Positions 41,150 through 52,307 of a stretch of DNA of 64,000 nucleotides are shown here, one piece after another (the stretch's first letter is position 1; every line of letters starts with the position of its first letter). The stretch is from Haplodiscus bocki (lineage: Eukaryota). The notes beneath the pieces were generated by a model. The model did not search any database and was not told the DNA's origin. It saw nothing but the letters and a program-made list of their open reading frames with translations. Made by a program: the position numbers and the translations under genes. The DNA is taken from positions 127,224,001 through 127,288,000 of the forward strand of contig OZ296650.1 of the NCBI GenBank assembly GCA_965655095.1. The letters run 5' to 3'.

Positions 41150-41740
41150 ATGTCTATAAAGAAGAAAATTCCAAGTTTAAGCAAATTTTATACACTTTAC
41201 GAAGAAGTTCCCGAAAGTTTTTTGGACGAAATTGACGTTGATAGTTATTTTTACCATAATACCTTGGACCTTGCCCTGATCGATAATCGAATTGTTCGAG
41301 TTAGCAAAGGTTCCAACAAAAAAATTTTTGCTTTGAAACGTTTTCAGTTTTGCAATTTGAAAAATCAACAAAGATTCATTCTTGAAGAGGAGGTGTCAGT
41401 TTCGTTAAAAGAACTTCCACCTAATTTGAACACTCGACGCCAGTTTTTGAAACAATACGATAAAGCTGTCTTTATCCAGCTTTATACAACTTACCCAAAG
41501 CAAAGCCAGAGATTGGTTTTACTTCATTTAAAAACGAACTATTTGCACATTATTTCTAAGACAATAAAGAACATGGCAACAGACAGATACGTCTTTCTCT
41601 TCGTTTTGAGCGTAACAAGGAGTGTTGTTTCTCCATCTAAAAGTTTCAAATTGTTGGTGAGCAGAAGTTTCTAACAGAAGTTATCAATCTATGACACTAC
41701 GAAGTGCATAGCTTTTACAAAAATCGTTACTATATTGTCT
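41150..41740 (+). pseudogene. Polinton accessory protein, possibly PC4/Whirly-like ssDNA-binding; frameshifted
   Basis: 174-aa ORF with beta-beta-helix pattern IFALKRFQF..QQRFILEEEVSVSLKEL; the pattern repeats in a shifted frame. Confidence 0.4.
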
Positions 41741-42170
41741 CAAAGTGTGGAATTACTGGTAGCAGTTATGACATCTAACTCAAGTATTCTTGCTCAGTTA
41801 CTTTACCAAGACCAAATTATAGTGGAACTCATCGGAGATGTGATTTGCTCAAATGAGAAATGTAGAGGCGAAGAGAGCGTATACATAACGAGCTCCGAAA
41901 AGATCAACAAGAGCACTTACGAATGTAAGCAATGCAAAGCTTGCACTCACGTGCTCAATATTCCTCTTAAGGATCAGAAACCATGTGTTACCTTGTTTGG
42001 TTGGACCTACTGCTTTACAAAAAAGACAAAGTTGGATTAAGAAAAAGAGAAACTTTCGCCTCTATTGCGACAGTGAATCAGCCAATCAAAACTCTCCAAG
42101 ACAAAAGCAGAAGAAGCTAATAATGAACCTGCTCCAAAAAAAGACAAAGATATTATCAAATTTGGAATAA
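41735..42170 (+). pseudogene. Small Cys-rich (zinc-binding) accessory protein, frameshifted
   Basis: CSNEKC...YECKQCKAC...KPC in the ORF track. Confidence 0.45.
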
Positions 42171-42186
42171 TCGTGCCACGCTCCTA

Positions 42187-42876
42187 TTGGCTGTTTTACT
42201 ACAACATAAATTCACTTTTGGATTCATTTTTCAAACTTTTCTCAAACTAACAACACGCTCTTTTACAATCAACACAATTAAATTTACAGTCTCCAACAAC
42301 GGAACACAGTGGATTTTGGACTTTGTTCCAGATTCGGTAGTTTTGTCCGTAAAGGATCTAGATGACAACCTTTCAATCAGTTCCCTGGAATTTCCACTGG
42401 CAGCTTGGTCTTGGTTGCTGTCCCAAAGACAAGAATTTTTGGACAATCATTTAGCTCTAGTTTCCATAACTTCCAACCAACAGGGAACATTTGAAATGAG
42501 AGAAAAAGTACTCTCCAGTGTTGGAAGACAAGATACCGACACTAGGGGATACGAGCTATCCGATCTAGAAGACATTGAATTCAGTTGGGAAGATCCTGCA
42601 GCGGATATGGACAGTGTTTATCGACTTGGAACTGCTAGCCCATTTTCCCCATCCATCTTTAACAATTTTCAGATGGAGGGATCAACCGCTGCCAACCCAA
42701 GAATTGTTGACGATGAGGAGGACAAGGAGAATTCAGCTCCAACAACAACAACACCAGAGACTGAGCGTCCAACCGAACCCACTAGATTACTGAAAAGTCG
42801 TCCATTTGGGACTCCACTAGAAAATGTGCCTGACTCTGTATACATGACTGTGTTTCGTTATTTTTTTTGTAATTGA
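42187..42876 (+). CDS. Acidic, low-complexity accessory protein with a KEN box
   Basis: 229-codon open frame containing ELSDLEDIEFSWED and DDEEDKENSAPTTTTPE. True start uncertain (ATG at ~42496 possible). Confidence 0.5.
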   Translation: MAVLLQHKFTFGFIFQTFLKLTTRSFTINTIKFTVSNNGTQWILDFVPDSVVLSVKDLDDNLSISSLEFPLAAWSWLLSQRQEFLDNHLALVSITSNQQGTFEMREKVLSSVGRQDTDTRGYELSDLEDIEFSWEDPAADMDSVYRLGTASPFSPSIFNNFQMEGSTAANPRIVDDEEDKENSAPTTTTPETERPTEPTRLLKSRPFGTPLENVPDSVYMTVFRYFFCN

Positions 42877-43254
42877 TACATTGTATGTGTTTTGTATATA
42901 CAGGTAATTGAATTTTTTTTTCTTTTTTATCAAAACTTTTAAAAACTAGTCAGACATGTGTGAGATGAAAACAGTTCTGGAGTCCGTTTGTTTGATCTGA
43001 CTTGTAACAGCTAGTCTTTGCAGTTATTGGGTTTATCCAGAGAAAAAAGTGGGACAAGACAGCGAGAATCAAAATTCAAAATCCTTGCGAAAATGAATAC
43101 AAGAAGTATTGTTTGAACGGTGGCGAATGCTATTATCTAATTGACGAAGTTATTGTAGGCTGCAGTTGTACATGGTTTAACGGAGGAAATTGTTGTGGAA
43201 AGTATATGTGGTGGACATAGGTGAGACTTTAAAATAAGTTATTTTTTACACAAA

Positions 43255-43715
43255 ATCGTACGTGCTTTAAAATTTTTAATTCATAATCTGACATGTTATA
43301 AAATTTTTGTTTTAAAATCTGACACGTTTTAAAAATTTTGTTTTAAAATATTACGAGTTTTAAAAAATTTAAATCAAAATCTGACACGTTGTAAAATTTT
43401 GGTTAAAAAACCTGCTTTTTAGAAATATTTTTTTCGTCAGAATTGTGCTTTTTAAAAATAAACAAAAATTCCAAAATTCGTCTATTTTACGGGGTAAATT
43501 CAATCAAAACGTGATTTTTTGAATGCATGTTTTTGTTCAAAATCTGATTTTTAAAAACCATTTCTTAAAACAAAATCTGACACGTTGTAAAATTTTTGAT
43601 TTAAAATCTGACACCTTGTGAAAATTTTGTTCTAAAATATGACGCGTTGTGAAAAACTTTATTTCAAATCTGACACGTTGTAAAATTGTTTTTTTAAAAT
43701 CTGACCAGGCTTGAA
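43255..43715. repeat. 31-bp minisatellite (AAAATCTGACACGTTGTAAAATTTTTGATTT-like), two clusters of ~5 copies
   Basis: TCTGACACGTT core at 31-bp spacing in 43255-43410 and 43540-43715, between convergent genes. Confidence 0.88.
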
Positions 43716-43809
43716 ATGTTTTGAAACGGAATCTCATTTTCAACTACCATTTTGTATTCTTTGGGAACAATCATTACTCTTACTAACTGTAACAAAAAAA
43801 AACTGTTTG

Positions 43810-44427
43810 TTAAAAAGATTTTATTTTAAAATAAACTAAATTACTGTCATAACTAACATGACCATCAGGAAAAAAATCTACAAACATTGTTAGTTCCAAT
43901 TCAAACTTAGTCTTTTTGGTTTTTTCAATTCTTTCTACAAACACTGAACTACTGGTCTGCAGTGATTTGTTCTTTTGGAGAGCATTCATAAAATATTGTT
44001 CAAACTTTTTCTCAAGAGCCTCTTTTTTGCAACGTTCGGCATTTTGTCCACTCTTCTGTTTATTTGGGACAAGAGATTGCTCTGCGCACATTGTCAAACA
44101 CATTTCCACTCTTTGCAATAACTTTTCCGCTGAATCGGTACTTGAACAGGGTATAAAGACAGTCCACGTGTTGATAGGTGAAACAAAATGTTTCCAATTT
44201 ATGTAGCAGAAACTCAATTTCTTCAAGTAGTGTATTGTGATAGTTACAAGCGGGTAAAGAGCACGGCTTATCGTCGTGATGGGCGATGCAGTAGTCTTTA
44301 CAAACAAGGTTTTTTTCAAATGTTTTTGCAGAAATAAAGAAACTTTTTTCTGAAATTTCTCCGTAAAAGCTGGCGATTGTTTGTAAAATATAGGCTGCCA
44401 TCTGAGTGCTGCGATAAAAAATGACAT
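43810..44427 (-). pseudogene. Unknown Polinton accessory protein with a Cys/His cluster, frameshifted
   Basis: Overlapping ORFs 43810..44427 and 44060..44401 (CKDYCIAHHDDKPCSLPACNYH). Confidence 0.45.
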
Positions 44428-44756
44428 AAAGGGTCTGAAAACAACAAAGTTTTGAATTACAAAGACTATTATCTAATATGGAAATTACCTACATATATGG
44501 AAATGTGCTTGTCTACCTCCCTGCCTCCCGTACGCCTACGGCTCCCTAGCGCTGTCGGTCCCTTGCATTCGCAATTCACTGAATTGGTAAGAGTATTCCA
44601 TAAATGGAAAAGTTGCCATAAAACGAAATCATGCCTAATCTGATTGGCTTTAAATACCAGTTTGTTTATCTCCCAAAATCATTTTTTCACCCTTTTCTCC
44701 AGAATAAAGTTGATCTTCTCCTTCTCACTTCTCCAAACAACAAAATTGAATCTGAA

Positions 44757-45328
44757 ATGGCATACAACACTAAAGCAACCTTGGACAAACTGGCTTGCAC
44801 CGACGATGTGGACTTTGGTAAATGTCAAGACACATTTGGACGAATTTCTTGATCCAAAAACTTATTCGACCACTTGGACGTGAAACACAAAGTGTTCAAA
44901 AGGGACAAGAACAAACAATTTCGACTGGCACAAAACTTGACAATGGGAGAGGCAGACTCTAATCAGTTTATTCGACTGAGGAATCAGCTAGTTCTTGCAG
45001 TCAGAGACTTTAGCAAAGACGATAATCTGCCCTTGTGCAAATGAAACTACTAGAAAAAGACATGGAAATGGAAGAGCAGCTCAAACTTACACATGAAGTT
45101 GTAGATCGACCACACAGAAAGATTTGCGTGCCTATGCTGCACCACAATGTATAGAAACCAGAGACTTCATATGCTCGAGTGCAATTGTTTGTAGGAAAAA
45201 AGGACGAAAAAAAATTCAATCAAGTTGTTTATGTGAACTATAACCTTGATGAATTTGTTTATGTACTTGATGTAATGAATTCTGTATATCATAAAGTTTT
45301 TGCTAACGAACCTCTTTGTAATGTTTAG
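44757..45328 (+). pseudogene. Accessory protein with two tandem PC4/Whirly-like repeats
   Basis: MAYNTKATLDKLACTDDVDFGKCQD...LDVKHKVFKRDKNKQFRLAQNLTMGEAD.NQFIRLRNQL, then ARVQLFVGKKDEKKFNQVVYVNYNLDEF. Contains stops and a frameshift. Confidence 0.5.
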
Positions 45329-45386
45329 TAACAAGTAATTGCAACAATTCACTCATTACTCTCATTTTCTTTCCATTGCTGTCAGA

Positions 45387-45805
45387 ATGAGCTGGAACAT
45401 TCGAGAAAACAGAAACCTATTTTTTAAATTCAAATCAAATTTGGACTTTATCATGTTGCACTAACAACACCCAAAACTTCTACCGAAAAAATTACCTTAA
45501 CCTTAGTTGAAATGCAACAGTTGCCTAAAATTGGAAAAGTGGATTTCAAGAGTGAACTTTCTTGCCTAAAATCGACAATATACAATGGTAGGAGAAAATT
45601 ATGCAGAGGTTTCAAGACTGATATGGACAATTTGAGTTTTGTAGTTTACCGTTACCGAAACAATACATACGTCAAATACACTGAATTGGAGCTGAAAGTG
45701 ACTGAATACGCAAAAGTTCTTTCTAAACGAGTATATCTATTGAGTTATATTGACGTATTCTTTAGGCGGTGCATTGTATTGGATGAAACAACAGTTCATT
45801 ATTAA
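45387..45805 (+). pseudogene. Accessory protein, possibly PC4-like
   Basis: LSFVVYRYRNNTYVKYTELELKVTEYAKVL; 5' part frameshifted. Confidence 0.4.
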
Positions 45806-45822
45806 AGTAAATTTCATCAAGA

Positions 45823-46226
45823 ATGGATGTTCTTTTCCTCATGAGCATTTTCCGATTGTACCCGGGATGAAACTGTCATTTGAACACAATAGTGTTCGAA
45901 AAAACCCATTTCTAAGTGCATGTTTTTGTTGGGATTCTAGACTTTGTTTACGTGAGATGGATCAAAAAATTAAATTTGGTAGAACCATTGGCTATGGAGA
46001 CTCGTACTTGGACTCTGTAATCGGCTACTTCAAATTATTCAGACTACATGCAATATTACACGATGCTGCTGGAGCAATTCGATTACAAACCGTTAAAGGC
46101 CTTGGCTACTGCCACATGATTGGTCGACGTCCAAACTATTGTTTGCTTGGTCACGTGACTGGACTATTATTTTGTCTTTACGTAAAAATCTTTCTAACTT
46201 CCATTTTCAATATAATCGACTTTTGA
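45823..46226 (+). CDS. Small protein with HAILHD motif (phospholipase A2-like HD signature)
   Basis: FRLHAILHDAAG...GYC...CLLGHVTGLLFC in an open frame. Confidence 0.5.
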
Positions 46227-46698
46227 ATCAGTATATTTTTGTATTAGATTTTGAGCCAACTGAGAAAAACAAATTAAGGGACTGGGACTTCTTATTGATG
46301 GTTCTGTACATGAATTTTCATTTTGTCCGCCAAAGACTTTTAAACCTAATAAACAGACAACATGGAACACAAGTCATCTACATGGAATTGCGTGGAGTAG
46401 TGGAATGTTGGAATATTAGAAGCTGTTTGCTGTGTTTTACGACATAAAAGTAATGAACGCAGAACTGTTTGCTGAAGGGTTCGAAAAGTGTAGATTGTTG
46501 ACCAGATTTCTCGGACAAAATATAGAAAGTTTGGATGACCATGGTTGCCTAAAAGTTCAAGATCTTGTTGGAGAAGGAAAACCGAACAGTTCGTGGATCT
46601 GCTCTGGTTACCCTTTCCGACACAAAACAAGGCTTCACTGTGCCGAGAAGAAAGCAAAAAAGTATGGAGACGGGGCTATGAAACATTTATATTTGTAA
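46227..46698 (+). pseudogene. DEDD/DnaQ-like 3'-5' exonuclease-fold protein with Cys/His C-terminus
   Basis: Reconstructed across a frameshift: VLDFE...HLHGIAWSSG...GFEKC..L...ESLDDHGC...WIC...H...HCAEKKA. Confidence 0.6.
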
Positions 46699-46807
46699 AT
46701 TTTGTACGTGTGTATTGTATTTGTGTTTACTACTATTTTAATTCTTTCAACTCGACATTATTTTTTCTACAGCCTTCATTTTAAGAATCTTGAGCGTTCC
46801 AGACTAG

Positions 46808-47068
46808 ATGCCTGATCACACTGATAATATCAATTTGGTTAAAATTGTCTTTGACGATCAAAACGTTGAAAGGAGATCGTGGTCTCGTTTGGGACAAACC
46901 TGTTCTGGGTCTTTAATTGAGCTTTTGTCCCAATTCTTTGTAAAACTCTTGATTGTTTGCGGTTGCTTTTGGCGTATACATCTGGCCTAGACTTGTGATG
47001 AATCTACAGTTTGGGTAGGAATCTTGTGCAGTGCAGCAGGATACGTTTTACTTTCACCAAAACTATGA
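46808..47068 (+). pseudogene. Small two-TM membrane protein; its stop overlaps the ATPase start (ATGA)
   Basis: Hydrophobic segments LLSQFFVKLLIVCGCFW and TVWVGILCSAAGYVLLSPKL*, one internal stop. Confidence 0.5.
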
Positions 47069-47725
47069 ACAAGTTGACTTCTACAAAAAAACCGCATTTT
47101 TGTATCTTTGGTTGGACCGAGCGATTCTGGCAAACCGTACTTGATTCATGAGTGGTTGAAAGTTGGAACATTTCAACCCAAATTTGACGAAATTTGTTTT
47201 TTCTTTCAACACCCTCAACCACTCTATGGAGTCATGCAAAAAGAAATTGATGATCTTGAGTTTGTTCAATGTGTACAGTTGGAATTTATTAACTCTTTGA
47301 AAAATAACGGTACTAAGTATCTGCTCATTTTTGATGACGCATCCGCAAAAATTTGCAACTCTAAGGAAGTTGTGGACATTGCTACCGCTGGGAGACATCT
47401 CGATTTTAGTACTATATACATTAAACAACTTATTTCATCAAAGTAAACTAGGAAGGGATTTTGAGCTGCAAAACACACATATTGATCCTTTCAAGTCACC
47501 TCCAGATGTGCATCAAGTTGCTACAATTACTGTACAGTTGGGACTTGGATCAGCTCTCATTGACTGGTATCGGGATGCAACGTCTGTACCTATTGGCTAT
47601 TTATTGACTGATTTGTCTCCACGAACAGACGGCTGCTTCGTTACTCCACCAATAGCGGAATTGTTCCATCAAAATTTTATGTAGCCGACATTTTGAAGCA
47701 TTTCAAATATTTCGACGACTAGCAC
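47065..47725 (+). pseudogene. ATP: FtsK/HerA-family (A32-like) genome packaging ATPase
   Basis: Walker A GPSDSGK(P), Walker B YLLIFDD, arginine finger TAGRH and downstream LFHQSK..RD.ELQNTH; frameshifted. Confidence 0.93.
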
Positions 47726-47739
47726 ACGAAATCTCTCTA

Positions 47740-48020
47740 ATCTCCAAGCATTCCAGCACTTTTCCCTCGCATGCAAAATTCAAATTCTAGAAACTTATCC
47801 AAGATAATTTATCCGACTTCTCAGCGAATGCATCGTCAACCTACTGCAAGGAAAATTGTCAGAAGTAAAAAGAAGTCACGTCCTAAAATACAGAGACAAA
47901 TTTCTTGAACTGTCTTTAAAAATAACAACTTGGAAGCAACGAAGAAGTCTAATTTCGTCGCAAAAAGGATTATTGCTCATAAAAACAATTTTCCCCTTCG
48001 TCATTACTCATTTGTCTTGA
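47740..48020 (+). pseudogene. Small basic conserved Polinton protein (putative core protein)
   Basis: FIRLLSECIVNLLQGKLSEVKRSHVLKYRDK...WKQRRSLISSQKGLLLIKTIFPFVITHLS*. Confidence 0.55.
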
Positions 48021-48021
48021 G

Positions 48022-48437
48022 ATGGGACAGTTTGTTCTAGTACCTTTTTCTGTCTACAACAGCAGCAACAACCCAATCATTGTCACAAAACAAGAACCAC
48101 CCAAATACAAATCTGAGAAAACTCCCACGTACCACATAGATACGTTAAAAACTGAAATAAACCAACAGTTTAGCACAAGTGCTTCCCCTTTAGTAAACAG
48201 AATTTTAGAGTCTCCTCGCATCAAGCTATCAAATTCTAACGCTTTGATCCCGGATGGAATACAGACAGGTAAGCTGTTGAAAGACTTGGCACAGCATTTG
48301 AAGCGCAAAAACGTAACCACACTTGATATTTACTTTACTTTACTTTACTTGACGCAGCCAGCATCACTCCCGACATTGTTGTCAACAGTCGTGCCAAGGG
48401 TAAAGAAAGAGGAGCTTGGATCCCTTTCAAAATCTGA
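48022..48437 (+). pseudogene. Conserved Polinton hypothetical protein upstream of the integrase
   Basis: MGQFVLVPFSVY...YFTLL/DAASITPDIVVN..AKGKERGAWIPFKI* once an extra TACTT is removed. Confidence 0.55.
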
Positions 48438-49323
48438 ACGACAAAAATTGCAGAAACTTTACACTCAAGGATTTGCAGCATATGGTTTTGTGCGCCATTT
48501 GGCAAAAGCAACGGAACTCTCTCCGTCAAAGGTCAGAGAGTTTTTACATTCAAAGACTTCATATACTAGGTTCACACAAGCAACACGTAAATTCAAAAGA
48601 ATGAGAGCCTTCGCGAGATTCAAAGGTGAATTTTGGTGTATGGATCTAGCGTATGTTGATAAATTGGGAAACGACAATAATGGTGTAATGTATTTACTAG
48701 TTCGCTAAGACTTGTCTGACAGAACCGTAGTTGCAAAAGGAATAAAGACAAGAGACTCGAAGGAAACAGTCAAGACATTTTCAAAAATGATTATCAAAAA
48801 GAATAGAGCAAAAAAACTTTGGGTCGATCAGGGGACAGAAATTGCTGGGGAGTTCAAGAAACTTTGCAGCGTTGAAGGAATAGAAATTTACTCTACAATG
48901 AGTTAGACGAAGCAGCTTTTGCAGAACGTACAATACGGTCACTCAAAAACATTTTGTATTGCTACATGGAGGATTATGGGTACAAGTATATTCATAAATT
49001 GCCTCAATTTATTGCAACAATGAATTCTAGAAACAATCGCAGCATAGACATGAAACCCAACCACGTCAAGAACTCTGACTTTATTTCAAAACTTTACAGT
49101 AAACCACTCAAAGAATACAAAAGCCCAAATTTGGAATTGAATACAGAGCATTTCCAAGTAAGATTTACCCTTCAGGAAATGTTATAGACGACAATTTACA
49201 CAAGAAATATTTGCAATTGTTGCCATTGCTACTGGAAAACCTCCAACATATACAATCGAAGACGAACAAGAAGAAGTTATACGTGGGAAATTCTACAAGA
49301 AGGAACTAATTAGAGTCATTTGA
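48391..49323 (+). pseudogene. INT: Retroviral-like (RVE, DDE) integrase
   Basis: WCMDLAYVD (D1), LWVDQGTE (D2), AFAERTIRSLK (E), C-terminal RGKFY..EL. Stops and frameshifts; no chromodomain seen. Confidence 0.95.
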
Positions 49324-49325
49324 GT

Positions 49326-50135
49326 ATGGATTCACTTACAGTCGAGTTGGTTTCCAATGCATCTTCACAGCTCTTTCCAAACAACACGCTCAGTTCATTT
49401 ACATTTTTTTTGCCGGAACAAGTGAATTTGGACGGACAATGGGAGGTGGCAATTTCCGACATTTCTTACCCATCAATGTATCAAAACCTTACAGAGGGGA
49501 AATTTATGTTTTACGATGAGAAACTCTCCAAAACAACAGAGGCTTACTATCTTGAACGCGGACTGTATTCCTCCATAACTGACATTGTGGAAGCTATGAA
49601 TACTATCATACAAGAAAGAAACAAACACAGAGACACTTGCATCACAATCATAGTTAGCAGGGTAACGCAAAAAAAGTAAAGGTGTATCTAGCGAATGAAG
49701 AATCGAGTCTAGCAATTTTAAGTACTAACTTGGGACATATATTTGGAGGAGATGTGAGAAATGGTTTGGGAATACTCATGTCTGGGAAAGGACCGCATGA
49801 ACCAACATTTGCTTACGATATTGTTCGCATCCATTCACTCATGTTTTACACGGACATTGCAGAGTACAATATTGTTGGAGACACAAAGGCGCCTTTGCTC
49901 CGTTGCTTTCCATTCATATCCAAGCTCAAATCTGGTGACACATTAACTACTGGACAATACATGAACTATCAGACTTTCAGCAATCTTCAGTTTAGACGAT
50001 TGTTGAAAAACTCTTTTCACAGCATACACAATGATTTGCGAGACACGTCTGGTAAGAAGATTCCCTTTGTCTCGGTGGGAACAACTCGACTTGTTCTCAA
50101 GTTTAGAAAAGTTTCTGACATTCATTTTGTATTAA
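49326..50135 (+). pseudogene. PX: Minor capsid protein (penton, single jelly-roll)
   Basis: LVSNASSQLFPNNTLSSF..LPEQVNLDGQWEVAISDISYP ... YTDIAEYNIVGDTKAPLLR ... DLRDTSGKKIPF..G...LVLKFRK; one frameshift. Confidence 0.9.
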
Positions 50136-50149
50136 AATTAGTGTGTAAA

Positions 50150-50500
50150 ATGGTTGCATCAAACACTCTTGAACTTTCCTACTACAAAGGTATTGGACGT
50201 CAAAGAGAACGTGGTTCTGGAGCTCGTGCGCAAGTTATTGGGAGAACCGCCATTCCTTTCTTGAGCAAATATATCTTCCCAGCTCCAAACGCGTGGGTGC
50301 TGATTTGTTGGAATTTGCAGTCCCAGAGGTAGCTGATGTTGTTAGCGTAAAGAAAACTTTCCAAACTGCTGCCAAAAGCGTAGGAACACAGACATTGAGA
50401 AAACAACTTGGAGGTGGCAAGCGGAAGAGAAGCATTCCAGTTAAAAATTTAAGCGAAGCAGTCGGTAACGCAGAGACATTCTTACTAATATGGCAAAGTA
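50150..50500 (+). pseudogene. Small Gly/basic virion core or membrane-active protein with adenain-type Gly-rich motifs
   Basis: YYKGIGRQRERGSG..AQVIGRTAIPFL...GADLLEFAVPE...LRKQLGGGKRKR. Confidence 0.6.
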
Positions 50501-50503
50501 AAA

Positions 50504-51855
50504 ATGACAGATCTGAATAATTTTCGGTACCAACATTTTGTTGCAGTTTCTGGGAATCCTGGTGTGAAAGTCCCAGTTTTGGACAATGTGTTGTCTTCTA
50601 ACGAACAAGAAATTTATCCCACTACATCTCTTCATGAAAACAGCGATGAGTTTGAATTCCAAACTGATCGCAAGGTTTACGTGGGTTTGCGACAAACATA
50701 TCTTGCTCTAAAAATTAAACTAGTTAAAGGACGTGGTTTTGATACTAAAAAAACAACAGAAAAGACAAAATAGCACAAAGAAGACACTGTTTTTACTGAA
50801 ACAGGTGACGATGACGTGGAGTTGATAGAAGAGGACCAGCGAGTGTCTCATATTACTCATGTGAACAATATTCTGCATTCCATTTTTTCTAATGCAGAAT
50901 TGTACATCAACAACCAGCAAATCTACAATTCAAACGCACTTTATGCTCACAAATCTCACATTTCTAAAAAATTCAAAAATACATTGTCAGATTACAAGGG
51001 AGTCTTGCATTGTGAAGGGTATGACTATGAAGAAGATCCAGAGAATCTCCTCGAAGGTCGATTTTTCAGTAGAATGAAATTGTACAGTAGACCTGACGGT
51101 TTCATGTCGTACGGTAAGCTGGGCATCGACTTTTTTACAACTTCGGAGTTACTATATCCAAATATGAATGTAAAAATCAGACTAATTCGAGCGCGACCAA
51201 CTTTCTACACAATAGGCGAGAATTTGAATTTAGCTTGGGTATTGCGGACTGTTCTCTGTACACTCGGCGCGTGATGCTCAAAGAAGACTATCACAAAAAG
51301 AGAATGTCTCAACTAGCTTATGCTCCAGTTGAGTAAAACTACATGGAAACGTTGGCAAAGACTTTTTTCGTTCATGCACGACAGAACCTATTCATTTAGG
51401 AAAATATATTCAACAATGAAGCTATACGTCGATTAGCCATTGCAATGAATTCAAACTCTGCCTTTACCGGCTCCTTTGCAAAGAACCCATTCTGATATCA
51501 ACAGCTTAATCTGAGAGATTTTAGAATACTCAGAGGAGGATAGCCAATTGTGCACCACGATACGACAGATAATTGTTGCTTGTATGTCATAACAATGAAA
51601 GCATTGAACTTTCAAGTTGACATTCCATCAATTCCAATTAATAATTTCAACAACCCTTACGTACTAGTGTTTGATCTGACTTCAATACAAGATGCTACTG
51701 AGCACTGTCACTATACGGAATTAATTGGAGAACCACTGAGATTGGAACTATACTTCAGTTCAGCTCTAGAAAGTATCACTGAAGTCATTGTATTGGGTGA
51801 ACGTATGTCTTCTGTTGCAGTCGACATGTTTGGTGTTGTGGGAAAAAATCTTTGA
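50504..51855 (+). pseudogene. PY: Major capsid protein (double jelly-roll, hexon-like)
   Basis: EFEFQTD..YV.LRQTYL, VNNILHSIFSNAELYINNQQI, LLYPNMNVKIRLIRA, AFTGS..KNPF, LVFDLT, LRLELYFS..L. Several stops and frameshifts. Confidence 0.92.
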
Positions 51856-51856
51856 G

Positions 51857-52255
51857 ATGGATAACACTTCCCTTAAACAAATTGTTAACCCTATACTTTT
51901 GCTCAAGTATCCGTACACGGGATCGTTTCCCTCAGACTTTGTTCCAAACTTTCCGAAAGACAGGTTTGTGATTGTCATCACACAGCCTAGCAACACGCCA
52001 GGAGAGCATTGGGTAATGGTTGCAAAATTTCATCATGAAGTGTATTTCGCCAATTCTCTTGGTCTATCCATCAACAATTACACGTTTCTAAAGCAGAATT
52101 ACAGCCAAATGGTTCGGACAAGACTACAAGATCATCCCAGTGTATGCGGTTTCTACACAATTTATGCAGCATTTCATTTGTTCAAGCTTCAACAAGAGGA
52201 GATAACTGGTGTTCATGATGTTAATGTACTCTATTTTATAAGTAATTGCTTGTAA
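51857..52255 (+). CDS. PRO: Adenain-like cysteine maturation protease; frame intact but catalytic Asp appears mutated to Asn
   Basis: GEHWV (His), YFANSLG (expected FxDSxG), LQ...SVCGFY (oxyanion Gln and Cys). Confidence 0.92.
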   Translation: MDNTSLKQIVNPILLLKYPYTGSFPSDFVPNFPKDRFVIVITQPSNTPGEHWVMVAKFHHEVYFANSLGLSINNYTFLKQNYSQMVRTRLQDHPSVCGFYTIYAAFHLFKLQQEEITGVHDVNVLYFISNCL

Positions 52256-52307
52256 TTGATTACCAATTTATTGTAAATGTCCAATTTATACATTGTATTT
52301 GTTCAAC

